Shown here: in pieces, positions 21,810 to 34,398 of the stretch
Position numbering within the stretch: position 1 is the stretch's first letter
How the letters are laid out: each line of letters begins with the position of its first letter
DNA from: Selaginella moellendorffii
Lineage: Eukaryota; Plantae; Lycopodiophyta
DNA: 64,000 nucleotides
Direction of reading: 5' to 3'
Assembly: GCF_000143415.4 (NCBI RefSeq)
Contig: NW_003314380.1
Location: 268,924-332,923, forward strand
The notes under the pieces: model-generated
Database searches by the model: none
Told to the model about the DNA's origin: nothing
The model's input: the letters and a program-made list of their open reading frames with translations, nothing else
Made by a program: the position numbers and the translations under genes

Positions 21810-22488
21810 GTGATGGATTCGACTGAGTTCCTGGTTGCTAAAGCTACTTCCTTTGTGGTCCCAGCAGCATTACAAGACATTGCGGTGTACCTGGATTCAG
21901 GTCAGTTCCCAGTAGATTCCTCACCAGTACAACAAAAGGCATTGGAGATCTTGGCACGACGATTTTGCCTTCTCGACAGACACCTTTACAAGAGGAATTC
22001 TCAAGAAGTTTTGTTGCGGTGTGTGGGGGAACACGAGGTTCTTGAGCTCCTTAGCGCTTTCCACTTTTGTGTGGGGCATTTCTCAAGATAGGTCACAACA
22101 CAGCTCCTCTTACGCCATGGCTACTTTTAGCCTTGGATTCACTAGGACAACTTGGCCTACGCAAAGGCATGTGAGCAGTGCCAACAGTTCAACCCCCGAA
22201 GCCATGTTCCACGTCTTCCTTTCCAACTTATTACTTTTCCAGTGGGGACTTGTCTTCGTCGGCCCAATCAACCCACCGAGTTCAAAAGGACAACGATACA
22301 TCATTGTGGCGATGGACTATTTCACAAAATGGGTCGAGGCCACCCCTCTACGACTGGTAGATCAACAGTTTACAACAAAGTTTGTCTACGAGTACATCAT
22401 TTTCCGATTCAGAGTTCCTGCTGTTTTGGATTCCGATCGTGGCAGCAGCGTCCTTGGACAGGTGATGCAGCATCTTCTCCATTTTTAG
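21810..22488 (+). pseudogene. Truncated integrase
   Basis: LYKRNSQEVLLRCV, GHF...CEQCQQF (Zn finger) and QWGLVFVGPINPPSSKGQRYIIVAMDYFTKWVEA...SDRG. The C-terminal part is missing. Confidence 0.9.
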
Positions 22489-23508
22489 ACCATACCACGG
22501 ACACACATATGTGCACTAGCAGCAAATGACACCACTTCATTTGGATGTGCCATTTCCAAGATATCCTTACAACCATTTGCCGACAACGCACTAGCTTTTC
22601 TAGAGCAACTTTCTTCCAACCAAGTGAACCTGTTCACTCAAGGCACCTAGGTGGATCTTTAGGCGAGGCCACAGAAGCTGAAGCCACTTTTTTTTGCTCT
22701 AGCACTCAATGGATACATGCCACCTCCCTTTACCGACAACCTAGTGACTACAACATCCTTTTCAGCTGCTAACTTTTTTAGTCTGACACATCAGATTGGC
22801 CACCTTCTTAGAGTGCCACCCCATCTCAGTGCTCCACCATATTGCTCCACCATATCGGTGCTGGAGCAGGCGCAGGAGTAGGAGCGAGAGCAGGTGGTTA
22901 CCGGTTACAGGTTACAGATCCCTAGTTATTGGTTACTAGTTACTGATTACCAGTTACTGGTTACTCCGAGTGGTCAACGCTTAATCTACAGGCCAATGGT
23001 TATCAATGGCCACATTTTCAAAGTGCCACCACCATCTTGGCGCTCCACCATATCACTCCATCTTTTATCATTTCCACATTTACCACCCTTGGGCAATGCA
23101 TCCCCTCTTCTACCTTTCTTTCTTTCTAGATTTCGGCCAATCCTTGGAGCATACCGGAAGTTATCAAGAGGTTGCATTTGCATATTACATTTTCTTGAGC
23201 CGAAATCCAAGTATAGGTTAAGTTCTTTGGGTGCTCACTCTTTTTCCTCTATTTTCCTCCTCTTTTCACACTTTTTTTACACTTTTCTTCAACTTCAGGG
23301 TCTAGTTTGAATACAGGGTTTCCCACCAGGTTTTCCTCCCTATCTCCAAACTTCACACTTACCTCTTTTCTTTCTTTTCCAGTTTGTTTTCTAGAGTTTC
23401 TACAATTTCCCGCAGTTACCAGCACTTGGCATCAATAGTAAAGGTACACTCTACACTCTTAGGAGGGTTCTCGCACGTCTAGAGGTAGTGCAATCCACTG
23501 TGGTCACA

Positions 23509-23695
23509 TGTTAGGGCGTGGCCACCAAGAGAGTGAGACAAAGAGAGAGAATATTTTGGTCCTCAGAATATTCCCCATCTTCCTTGTATAAAACCCTTGC
23601 CCCACACGGGGGGGGGGGGGCATTTTGCATACAGCATTGAAGCATTTCTTGTGTTTGAGCGAGTGTTGGGGGAGGAACCCCTCCTTCCCTCAATA
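23509..23695 (+). repeat. 3' LTR (187 bp)
   Basis: Runs TGTTAGGG...CCCTCAATA, homologous to 15751-15909. The last array copy keeps the end CCCTCAACA. No polypurine tract directly precedes it. Confidence 0.75.
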
Positions 23696-26600
23696 GTAGA
23701 GGATGGCAATGGCCAGGACGGCAATGGAAGTGAAGGCCAGGATGAGAACAGTGGCCAGAACAGTGGCTAGGATGAGGGTGGAGGCAAGAGTGAAGAGAGT
23801 GAAGAAACTGAAGAACAACAAGAAGAAGAAGAGGATTGTGGAGTTGGTGAGTTTGAAGTGGTAGTGGTGTTTCAGGGGGCACCTACTGGAATTGGCATTA
23901 TGCAAGATGGGATCCTCCAGTTAGCAAGATCAACTCACTCGAGATTTGCATTGTTGGCGTCCATGGTGATCCGCTTTAAGATCGAGAATGGTTGGGATGC
24001 AATGGAGATGAGCATTGTACTCAAATGCAGCTTCGAGACATCTGGGAGGTGTATCGCAAATGACAACTGAGTTAGTGTACTTCATGACAACCTTTTGATG
24101 AAGTTTGGTGTTAGAGATTCTACTGCTATGGCAACACTATTGGACACAACGGTGTTTCATGACACTCATGATAAATCTGTGACGAGTATATCCTCAACTG
24201 CGACAAGCAATGATCGCTTGCTAGGCATGTGAATGCAAGGTGGTTATTTGCGGCTAGGGGCATCTGGGGCTCTAGAAGGAAGAGCTGAGTTCAAGGCCTC
24301 CACTGTCTCGACAGAGGCTGCTGAATCAAGCTCCTCTATTAAACTGGTTGGTATTGCTAATACCACATTTAGCATGCATGAGGTGTCCAAGAAGTTGATT
24401 GGGAAAATGGCCTTTGTGGCAAATCACAAAAGGCTAGCTCTGTCATCATGCGTTGGTATGCCATGGTTTGCCCTTACTACAACAAAGGTTGGAGAGTACT
24501 TTGACGAAGAACCACATTTTGCATAAAGCATTGAAGCATTTATCGTGTTTGAGCAAGCGTTGGGGGAGGAACCCTTCCTTCCCTCAATAGTAGAGGATGG
24601 CAATGGCCGGGACGGCGATGGAAGTGAAGGCCAGGATGAGAACGGTGGCCAGAACAGTGGCCAAGATGAGGGTGGAGGCAAGAGTGAAGAGAGTGAAGAA
24701 ACTGAAGAAGAAGAAGAAGAGGATTGTGGAGTTGGTGAGTTTGAAGTGGTAGTGGTGTTTCAGGGGGCACCTACTGGAATTGGCATTATGCAAGATGGGA
24801 TCCTCCAGTTAGCAAGATCAACTCACTCGGGACTTGCATTGTTGGCGTCCATGGTGATCCGCTTTAAGATCGAGAATGGTTGGGATGCAATGGAGATGAG
24901 CATTGTACTCAAAGGCGGCTTTGAGATATCTGGGAGGTGTATCGCAAATGACGACTGAGTTGGTGTACTTCATGACAACCTTTTGATGGAGTTTGGTGTT
25001 AGAGATTCTACTGCTATGGCAACACTATTGGACACAACGGTGTTTCATGACACTCATGATAAATCTGTGACAAGTATACCCTCGACTACGACAAGCAATG
25101 ATCGCTTGCTAGGCATGTGAATGCAAGGTGGTTATTTGCGGCTAAGGGCATCTGGGGCTTTAGAAGGAAGAGCTGAGTTCAAGGCCTCCACTGTCTCGAC
25201 AGAGGCTGCTGAATCAAGCTCCTCTATTAAACTGGTTGGTATTGCTAATACCACATTTAGCATGCATGAGGTGTCCAAGAAGCTGATTGGGAAAATGGCT
25301 TTTGTGGCGAATCACAAAAGGCTAGCTCTGTCATCATGCATTGGTATGCCATGGTTTGCCCTTACTACAACAAAGGTTGGAGAGTACTTTGACAAAGAAC
25401 CACATTTTGCATAAAGCATTGAAGCATTTATCGTGTTTGAGCAAGCGTTGGGGGAGGAACCCCTCCTTCCCTCAATAGTAGAGGATGGCAATGGCCGGGA
25501 TGGCAATGGAAGTGAAGGCCAAGATGAGAACGGTGGCCAGAACAGTGGCCAAGATGAGGGTGGAGGCAGGAGTGAAGAGAGTGAAGAAACTGAAGAAGAA
25601 GAAGAAGAGGATTGTGGAGTTGGTGAGTTTGAAGTGGTAGTGGTGTTTCAGGGGGCGCCCGCTGGAATTGGCATTATGCAAGATGGGATCCTCCAGTTAG
25701 CAAGATCAACTCACTCGGGACTTGCATTGTTGGCGTCCATGGTGATCCGCTTTAAGATCGAGAATGGTTGGGATGCAATGGAGATGAGCATTGTACTCAA
25801 AGGCGGCTTCGAGACATCTGGGAGGTGTATCGCAAATGACGACTGAGTTGGTGTACTTCATGACAACCTTTTGATGAAGTTTGGTGTTAGAGATTCTACT
25901 GCTATGGCAACACTATTGGACACAACGGTGTTTCATGACACTCATGATAAATCTGTGACGAGTATATCCTCAACTGCGACAAGCAATGATCGCTTGCTAG
26001 GCATGTGAATGCAAGGTGGTTATTTGCGGCTAGGGGCATCTGGGGCTCTAGAAGGAAGAGCTGAGTTCAAGGCCTCCACTGTCTCGACAGAGGCTGCTGA
26101 ATCAAGCTCCTCTATTAAACTGGTTGGTATTGCTAATACCACATTTAGCATGCATGAGGTGTCCAAGAAGTTGATTGGGAAAATGGCCTTTGTGGCAAAT
26201 CACAAAAGGCTAGCTCTGTCATCATGCGTTGGTATGCCATGGTTTGCCCTTACTACAACAAAGGTTGGAGAGTACTTTGACGAAGAACCACATTTTGCAT
26301 AAAGCATTGAAGCATTTATCGTGTTTGAGCAAGCGTTGGGGGAGGAACCCTTCCTTCCCTCAATAGTAGAGGATGGCAATGGCCGGGACGGCGATGGAAG
26401 TGAAGGCCAGGATGAGAACGGTGGCCAGAACAGTGGCCAAGATGAGGGTGGAGGCAAGAGTGAAGAGAGTGAAGAAACTGAAGAAGAAGAAGAAGAGGAT
26501 TGTGGAGTTGGTGAGTTTGAAGTGGTAGTGGTGTTTCAGGGGGCACCTACTGGAATTGGCATTATGCAAGATGGGATCCTCCAGTTAGCAAGATCAACTC

Positions 26601-29600
26601 ACTCGGGACTTGCATTGTTGGCGTCCATGGTGATCCGCTTTAAGATCGAGAATGGTTGGGATGCAATGGAGATGAGCGTTGTACTCAAATGCAGCTTCGA
26701 GACATCTGGGAGGTGTATCGCAAATGACAACTGAGTTAGTGTACTTCATGACAACCTTTTGATGAAGTTTGGTGTTAGAGATTCTACTACTATGGCAACA
26801 CTGTTGGACACAACGGTGTTTCATGACACTCATGATAAATCTGTGACGAGTATATCCTCAACTGCGACAAGCAATGATTGCTTGCTAGGCATGTGAATGC
26901 AAGGTGGTTATTTGCGGCTAGGGGCATCTGGGGCTCTAGAAGGAAGAGCTGAGTTCAAGGCCTCCACTGTCTCGACAGAGGCTGCTGAATCAAGCTCCTC
27001 TATTAAACTGGTTGGTATTGCTAATACCACATTTAGCGTGCATGAGGTGTCCAAGAAGTTGATTGGGAAAATGGCTTTTGTGGCGAATCACAAAAGGCTA
27101 GATCTGTCATCATGCGTTGGTATGCCATGGTTTGCCCTTACTACAACAAAGGTTGGAGAGTACTTTGACGAAGAACCACATTTTGCATAAAGCATTGAAG
27201 CATTTATCGTGTTTGAGCAAGCGTTGGGGGAGGAACCCTTCCTTCCCTCAATAGTAGAGGATGGCAATGGCCGGGACGGCGATGGAAGTGAAGGCCAGGA
27301 TGAGAACGGTGGCCAGAACAGTGGCCAAGATGAGGGTGGAGGCAAGAGTGAAGAGAGTGAAGAAACTGAAGAAGAAGAAGAAGAGGATTGTGGAGTTGGT
27401 GAGTTTGAAGTGGTAGTGGTGTTTCAGGGGGCACCTACTGGAATTGGCATTATGCAAGATGGGATCCTCCAGTTAGCAAGATCAACTCACTCGGGACTTG
27501 CATTGTTGGCGTCCATGGTGATCCGCTTTAAGATCGAGAATGGTTGGGATGCAATGGAGATGAGCATTGTACTCAAAGGCGGCTTCGAGACATCTGGGAG
27601 GTGTATCGCAAATGACGACTGAGTTGGTGTACTTCATGACAACCTTTTGATGAAGTTTGGTGTTAGAGATTCTACTGCTATGGCAACACTATTGGACACA
27701 ACGGTGTTTCATGACACTCATGATAAATCTGTGACGAGTATATCCTCAACTGCGACAAGCAATGATCGCTTGCTAGGCATGTGAATGCAAGGTGGTTATT
27801 TGCGGCTAGGGGCATCTGGGGCTCTAGAAGGAAGAGCTGAGTTCAAGGCCTCCACTGTCTCGACAGAGGCTGCTGAATCAAGCTCCTCTATTAAACTGGT
27901 TGGTATTGCTAATACCACATTTAGCATGCATGAGGTGTCCAAGAAGCTGATTGGGAAAATGGCTTTTGTGGCGAATCACAAAAGGCTAGCTCTGTCATCA
28001 TGCATTGGTATGCCATGGTTTGCCCTTACTACAACAAAGGTTGGAGAGTACTTTGACGAAGAACCACATTTTGCATAAAGCATTGAAGCATTTATCGTGT
28101 TTGAGCAAGCGTTGGGGGAGGAACCCTTCCTTCCCTCAATAGTAGAGGATGGCAATGGCCGGGATGGCAATGGAAGTGAAGGCCAGGATGAGAACGGTGG
28201 CCAGAACAGTGGCCAAGATGAGGGTGGAGGCAGGAGTGAAGAGAGTGAAGAAACTGAAGAAGAAGAAGAAGAGGATTGTGGAGTTGGTGAGTTTGAAGTG
28301 GTAGTGGTGTTTCAGGGGGCGCCCGCTGGAATTGGCATTATGCAAGATGGGATCCTCCAGTTAGCAAGATCAACTCACTCGGGACTTGCATTGTTGGCGT
28401 CCATGGTGATCCGCTTTAAGATCGAGAATGGTTGGGATGCAATGGAGATGAGCATTGTACTCAAAGGCGGCTTCGAGACATCTGGGAGGTGTATCGCAAA
28501 TGACGACTGAGTTGGTGTACTTCATGACAACCTTTTGATGGAGTTTGGTGTTAGAGATTCTACTGCTATGGCAACACTATTGGACACAACGGTGTTTCAT
28601 AACACTCATGATAAATCTGTGACGAGTATATCCTCAACTGCGACAAGCAATGATCGCTTGCTAGGCATGCGAATGCAAGGTGGTTATTTGCGGCTAGGGG
28701 CATCTGGGGCTTTAGAAGGAAGAGCTGAGTTCAAGGCCTCCACTGTCTCGACAGAGGCTGTTGAATCAAGCTCCTCTATTAAACTGGCTGGTATTGCTAA
28801 TACCACATTTAGCGTGCATGACGTGTCCAAGAAGCTAATTGGGAAAATGGCTTTTGTGGCAAATCACAAAAGGCTAGCTCTGTCATCATGCGTTGGTATG
28901 CCATGGTCTGCCTTTACTACAACAAAGGTTGGAGAGTACTTTGACAAAGAACATCATTTTGCATAGAGTATTGAAGCATTTATCGTGTTTGAGCCAGCGT
29001 TGGGGGAGGAAGCCCTCCTTCCCTCAACAGTAGAGGATGGCAATGGCCGGGACGGCAATGGAAGTGAAAGCCAGGATGAGAATGGTGGCCAGAATAGTGG
29101 CCAAGATGAGGGTGGAGGCAAGAGTGAAGAGAGTGAAGAAACTGAAGAAAAAGAAGAGGATTGTGGAGTTGGTGAGCTTGAAGTGGTAGTGGTGTTTCAG
29201 GGGGCACTTGCTGGAACTGGCATTATGCAAGATGGGATCCTCCAGTTAGCAAGATCAACTCACTCGGGATTTGCATTATTGGCGTCCATGGTGATCCGCT
29301 TTAAGATCGAGAATGGTTGGGATGCAATGGAGATGAGCGTTATACTCAAAGGCAGCTTCGAGACATCTGGGAGGTGTATCGCAAATGACAACTGAGTTAG
29401 TGTACTTCATGACAACCTTTTGATGGAGTTTGGTGTTAGAGATTCTACTGCTATGGCAACACTATTGGACACAACGGTGTTTCATGACACTCATGATAAA
29501 TCTGTGACAAGTATATCCTTGACTGCAACAAGCAATGATCGCTTGCTAGGCATGCAAATGCAAGGTGGTTATTTGCAGCTAGGGGCATCTAGGGCTCTAA

Positions 29601-29837
29601 AAGGAAGAGCTGAGTTCAAGACCTCCACTGTCTCGATAGGGGCTGCTGAATCAAGCTCCTCTATTAAACTGGCTGGTATTGCTAATACCACATTTAGCGT
29701 GCATGAGGTGTCCAAGAAGCTGATTGGGAAAATGGCCTTTGTGGTGAATCACAAAAGGCTAGCTCTGTCAGCATGCGTTGGTATGCCATGGTCTGCCCTT
29801 ACTACAACAAAGGTTGGAGAATACTTTGACGAAGAAC
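23621..29837 (+). repeat. Tandem array of seven ~888-bp units starting at 23621, 24515, 25403, 26291, 27179, 28067 and 28955
   Basis: Near-identical ORFs recur every 888 bp (24233, 25121, 26009, 26897, 27785). Each unit is the last ~75 bp of the LTR plus ~813 bp of flank. Length variation lies in a (GAA)n tract. Confidence 0.97.
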
Positions 29838-30785
29838 TTGGCATGGGATGGCCAGCTAAAGTCGTAGGAAAGGGAACATATATGCTCTAGGGAGGAGGCA
29901 TATATCCTTATTCCTTTGGCATGGAGAGAAGTGTAGCTGAATGCTCCGATTCGATAGTCTCTGGAAAACAGAGATACAATGCTATCGTCATGGTTAATCA
30001 TGATATCAAGTGGGATGGCGAGTGAGCAGCATGTCGGTAAAGTTGTCTGTGCGTCTCTTTGGTTCTTACATTGAGGTTTTTTCAGGCAGGTGGTTGGCAC
30101 TGAGCGAGAAAGCTGGCTCTTTTGGTGTTGGAGGCGACAACGAAGAGGGTGACAGTGGTTGGAGAGAAAGTAAAAGATCACCTAAGAAAGATTTAGAGTG
30201 AGCTTTAGCTGTCCTGGAATTTTGGTTGTTTTGTAATGGCTCAAAGAACTTTTGTACCTTTCTTTGCAAACACTTGAAATGCGTGTCAAGGACAAACCTA
30301 TACCGGAGAAAAGCTTTCGTCAAAGAACGCTGCATGCCTCTCTGACATCTTGTCACACAGCTTTGACTATCGGAAAGTCTCAACTTCTCCTTCCAGATAG
30401 CGTTGCCTCAAGAGGTTGAGCCCCTTGATGCCGCATAACCCAAACACTTCGAAGTCGGACTGTACGTACTGGACCATCATCTCCCCCAGGCCCGCCAAGA
30501 GCATACGATCCTCTACTTCCTGTTCACTGGCTTCAGCGATCGCAATGAGAATGTCCATCGCACTGCTTCCCACAAAGTTCCGTGCAGTCTTTGAAGAAGG
30601 ATCCAGCAGTTTAACCAGGCCACCGCACCGACCCAAGACCTTCACCATGCTCGAGCTTGATCCCGCGAGAAGCATCCACAGTTGCATCCACGAGAGCGAT
30701 GCACAGCGTGCTACTCACCTGCAACCCGTGCCTGGCCGAGGTGGCAGTACTCATCAGGGTGGCACCGCGTCGCTGATGTGGAAGG

Positions 30786-31063
30786 GCCTGCAGCCACGGC
30801 GGCATGACTGCCAAGGCCGTGGAGTTCTTCGTCTCGATGATCCACAACTACCAAATTGGCGACCACTGCTCTTGCATGGAGAATCTCCTCGGACAGAAGG
30901 ATTCATTCGCAAGATGCCATTTCATGCTGCAGCGTTGGTGTGGATGACGCTGCTGGGAGCTTGTAGAACTCGAACAAAGGAGGCCAGTGATCAGGTATCT
31001 GATTTCAACCCCGAGCACGCACAGAGTTATATAGTGCTCTCCAATGTCTATGTAGAGAACTAA
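30786..31063 (+). pseudogene. PLS-class PPR C-terminal (L2-S2-E) relic
   Basis: ACSHGGMTAKAVEFFVSMIHNYQIGDHCSCMENLLG, a frameshift, then FIRKMPFHAAALVWMTLLGACR...SYIVLSNVY. Confidence 0.8.
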
Positions 31064-32752
31064 ACAAGAACGAACAAGTTGCTTAGCTCAATAAGAAGTA
31101 CCTGTCAGAGCGTCATAGGCTTGTTTGCCCATTGATGCACTGAGCAGATTCATCCAGAGGAGTGTTTCATCTTGAAATGGATCTGATTGTCTTGAGGTCC
31201 CGAATCTGCCATACAATTGCATTGGAGAAAAGGGTAGGAATTTAAAGAGGAGGAACGAAGGTTAGGCTTCTAGGGCAATGAGTATATAAACTAGGTTTTT
31301 GGGTTTATTGATACGCCCATTTCCATATTCAATTTCCATATTCTATGCACTCATATTATAGAGGTGAGGGGTAATTTTGATTATCCTTGAGAAGTGACTG
31401 GATTTGGGATTTTAGTTTAGATTTAAATTTTGCATTGTCTAAATCTCTTTTTCCTTATAATTTTTTAAATTTTTTCTCTTTTACTTTTTCCTTTTCATTC
31501 ATCTTCATAGTAGAGTAACAACCTCTTCCTCTTTTAACTTTGGAGTAACAATTGGTGTAATTGTTCAATGCTATATAGTTGTAATTGAACAATCAAACTC
31601 AAATGATAGTGCCATTCATGACATATGATATAGTTCTTTTTGCTCTTGTTGCCAATTCTTGTGTCTGGTTGGAGTTCTTCCATGAGAATCCTAAAGATAA
31701 TGTGTACCATTAGTTCAATCAATTTACGATGATTATCATATATCATTTTTTGGATGATGCTTAGTGTTTATATGAGTTTCCCATGTATTTCTAAGGGACA
31801 ACACTGTAGTGGTATAATAGTTTAAGTGCAATCATTTATGCAGATTGGAGCATTCTCCCAGATACTTTCAAATGCATATTCAGACATATCAAAGATTGTG
31901 TTGATGCTTTTTAATAATTACATCATTTTTATTAAAGGCCATTTGAGTTAGTGATGCAATTTGGTGTTTGTTTCTGAAGTCTTTTGCTTCGTGCAGAGCC
32001 AAATATGTCAGAGTAGATCAAATTAGGAATGTTATAGTGAACATTTTGTTAAAATTTTGTAAAACTTGTGTATACACTTATTCTAGCCACTTTTGATAAT
32101 ATATGAGATGTTACCTCTTCCATTTTTCAATGTATGTCCTTCAGCTCCATTTCATATGGGAGATGGTCTTGTTCTAATGGAGGTTCTAGTGGATGTGGTT
32201 GTGGCCTTGATATCCATTATTGGGCATATAATAAAGTTGATCATACTTATCAATGTTGGTATTTTCTAAATTGATAACTTGTATTTCTTAAGTGGAGTTT
32301 TATGTGTAGCATTAGTAATTTTCACTCTTTATCCTATAGTGACTTATTATTACCATATGATAACCACAAAGTAGAATTTAAACTCCTCATGTGCCATATG
32401 TTATATACTATGTGTCTAAAGACAATGGAATGAAACCCAAATTTTAAAACCTTAAGCCACTGAATGAAAGAATAAAGCCAAACTCCAAAACTTACACTTA
32501 AGGAGTGAAAGAATTGGAGCACAAAACAACTCCTCATACATTCAGCCCAAAGAACAAAGAAATAGAAATATAGAATGACATTGAAACAATTTTAAAGCTT
32601 TTAACATCCAGAATCAACACATAAAATAAAGCCAAATAGAGTATAATGGTATTTTAGCATACCAGTGAAAGATAAGTGATAAATAATTAATTATTTATTG
32701 ATGGCAAACATATATGAATAAGAGTCAATAAGAATGATTTACTTTGGTATGC

Positions 32753-34170
32753 TTATGTTTTGCCAAAGAAACCAAAGAGACCTTTGATAGCTTTGACAGC
32801 ATTCTCATTGAATATAGGCTCGTCATACTTGTCAATCAACGCTTTAAATTCCGGTGATGCTCTCAAGCTCGCCAGATCTTCATCAGTTCTTATTTTCTGC
32901 AGGACATTTCTCTCTTTCAGAAAACTACCTGATTTTTCGTTTCTCACCTTATAATCCTCAAAACCAGCCTCCAGAGCCTCCCCCAGAGCTGAAAGCCCTG
33001 CTTCAACCTTGCCACAAAGAAACAGACCACTATTAGAGATGAATGAGAGCAACGAAAACATTTATCTGATGGTCACCTGGTCAAGTTTTGCGTAGCAGCA
33101 CGCTACGTTGTAGCTGGCGATTGCTTCCTCAAGCCCCTCGGGCTTGGATCCAAGTACAGACTCGAATTTTGACAGTGCTTCTTGATAGGCTGATTTTCTG
33201 GATAGAAATATTCAAGTTAACAACGTCGCGATTCAAATCGGTCGTACGTACTTGTAGAGTTGAAGGCCATCCCGAAGGTCCTCTTCTCTTTGCTTCTTGA
33301 GCTGCATTTTTCGCTTGTAGTTTTGGATCTGGAATTTGTTGATAAGTTTCTAGATTCCGATGATGGGCCAAACTAAGAAATCTCACCTGGATTTCACGAA
33401 GCTGCTCACTGATGACATTCGCGTTTCTTTGCGCTGCGAGTTTCTCAGACGATACAGCCTGATCTTCTCTTTCTCCTTTCGAGATGAAAAAATCTCGGTA
33501 AGATACAGATGAGAAAAAACAAGTCATGACCGACCGTATTTTTTTTGCATCTTCATGAGAAGAGGTCCAATTCTTTGACGAACAGTGTACATTGTGCGTC
33601 CATACTCTGCCGCTGGCCAGATCTCATTCCCAAAGACAGCACTAGCATTACAAAGAAAAAGATGGTAAAAACAGAACCAAAACGATGGCATTACCTTGTC
33701 GCAAGAACTTTGTCCCCTGGCTGGAACATCTTTGTTTTCGCTGCACTCCCGCCAGGAGCAAGAGCATCGATGTATGTTCCACCATCGGTCCCTTTGTAGA
33801 ATTTGATCCCATACGGCTTCTCAATCTCTACCTCATAGAATTCGTCGGGTTTGCTACCACTACTGCTACTTGTACTAGCGCTAGAATCCTTGGATTCCCC
33901 GGTGGTGACCGTCCCAATGCTAGATGAATCGGCACTACTGGCAGCTGCCAAGATCGATCCCGTGTTGCCGATTCTCTGCGGGAAGGTGAGCTTCCTCTCG
34001 AAATTCCTGGAGATGGCTATGGTGCTGCCACCGCCGTGGCTGAAGAGGCAAATGCCACAAATGCTGCTGCTGCTGCTGCTGCTGCCACTGGCGATCTTAC
34101 CAGGAATCCCAGTGGCGCCACCGTGATTGAGGATGGCGCCGCCGCTCCACAGCGCTGCCCCGGCCGCCAT
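32753..34170 (-). CDS. ZKT: Thylakoid PDZ-TPR protein MET1/ZKT, multi-exon
   Basis: Ser-rich transit peptide from ATG 34170. PDZ region EVEIEKPYGIKFYKGTDGGTYIDALAPGG. TPR region ASYNVACCYAKL...GLSALGEALEAGFEDYK. C-terminus FNENAVKAIKGLFGFFGKT. Confidence 0.92.
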
Positions 34171-34398
34171 CGCCGCTCGGAGGATGAAGAAGCGGGAGGA
34201 AATAAAAATAAAAGAGCGCCATAGCTTCGTCCACGTGGGAAGCAATGTGCGCCACTGAAATTCCTTGGACTTATTCTAGAATATACCTTACTGCGGCATA
34301 TTCGATTTGGCATATTCGTTGTTTTGAATTTAAATTTTCCTATCGCGATTATCTGTTGTTACAAAACCCAGAAACAAAAAGAAAAGAATGGCAGCGCT

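Larger units (their letters stand above)
15751..23695 (+). mobile_element. Degenerate Ty3/gypsy LTR retrotransposon, Tat-like, order gag-PR-extra RNase H-RT-INT(truncated)
   Basis: Related terminal direct repeats at 15751-15909 and 23509-23695, flanking GTAG duplication (15747-15750 and 23696-23699), a PBS, and decayed gag-pol domains. Confidence 0.85.

Noticed and set aside
23621-29837. CRISPR-like array or a cluster of functional small genes
   Set aside because: There are no unique spacers. The 97-aa and 137-aa ORFs are stop-delimited pieces of one decayed frame, and the 137-aa ones start at GTG inside LTR sequence.
30367-30687. 106-aa minus-strand ORF with an ARM-like helical look
   Set aside because: No diagnostic motif. 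It may be another gene relic, but I cannot support that without a search.
31100-32700. AT-rich region as a DNA transposon remnant
   Set aside because: No TIRs, TSD or transposase motifs identified by eye.
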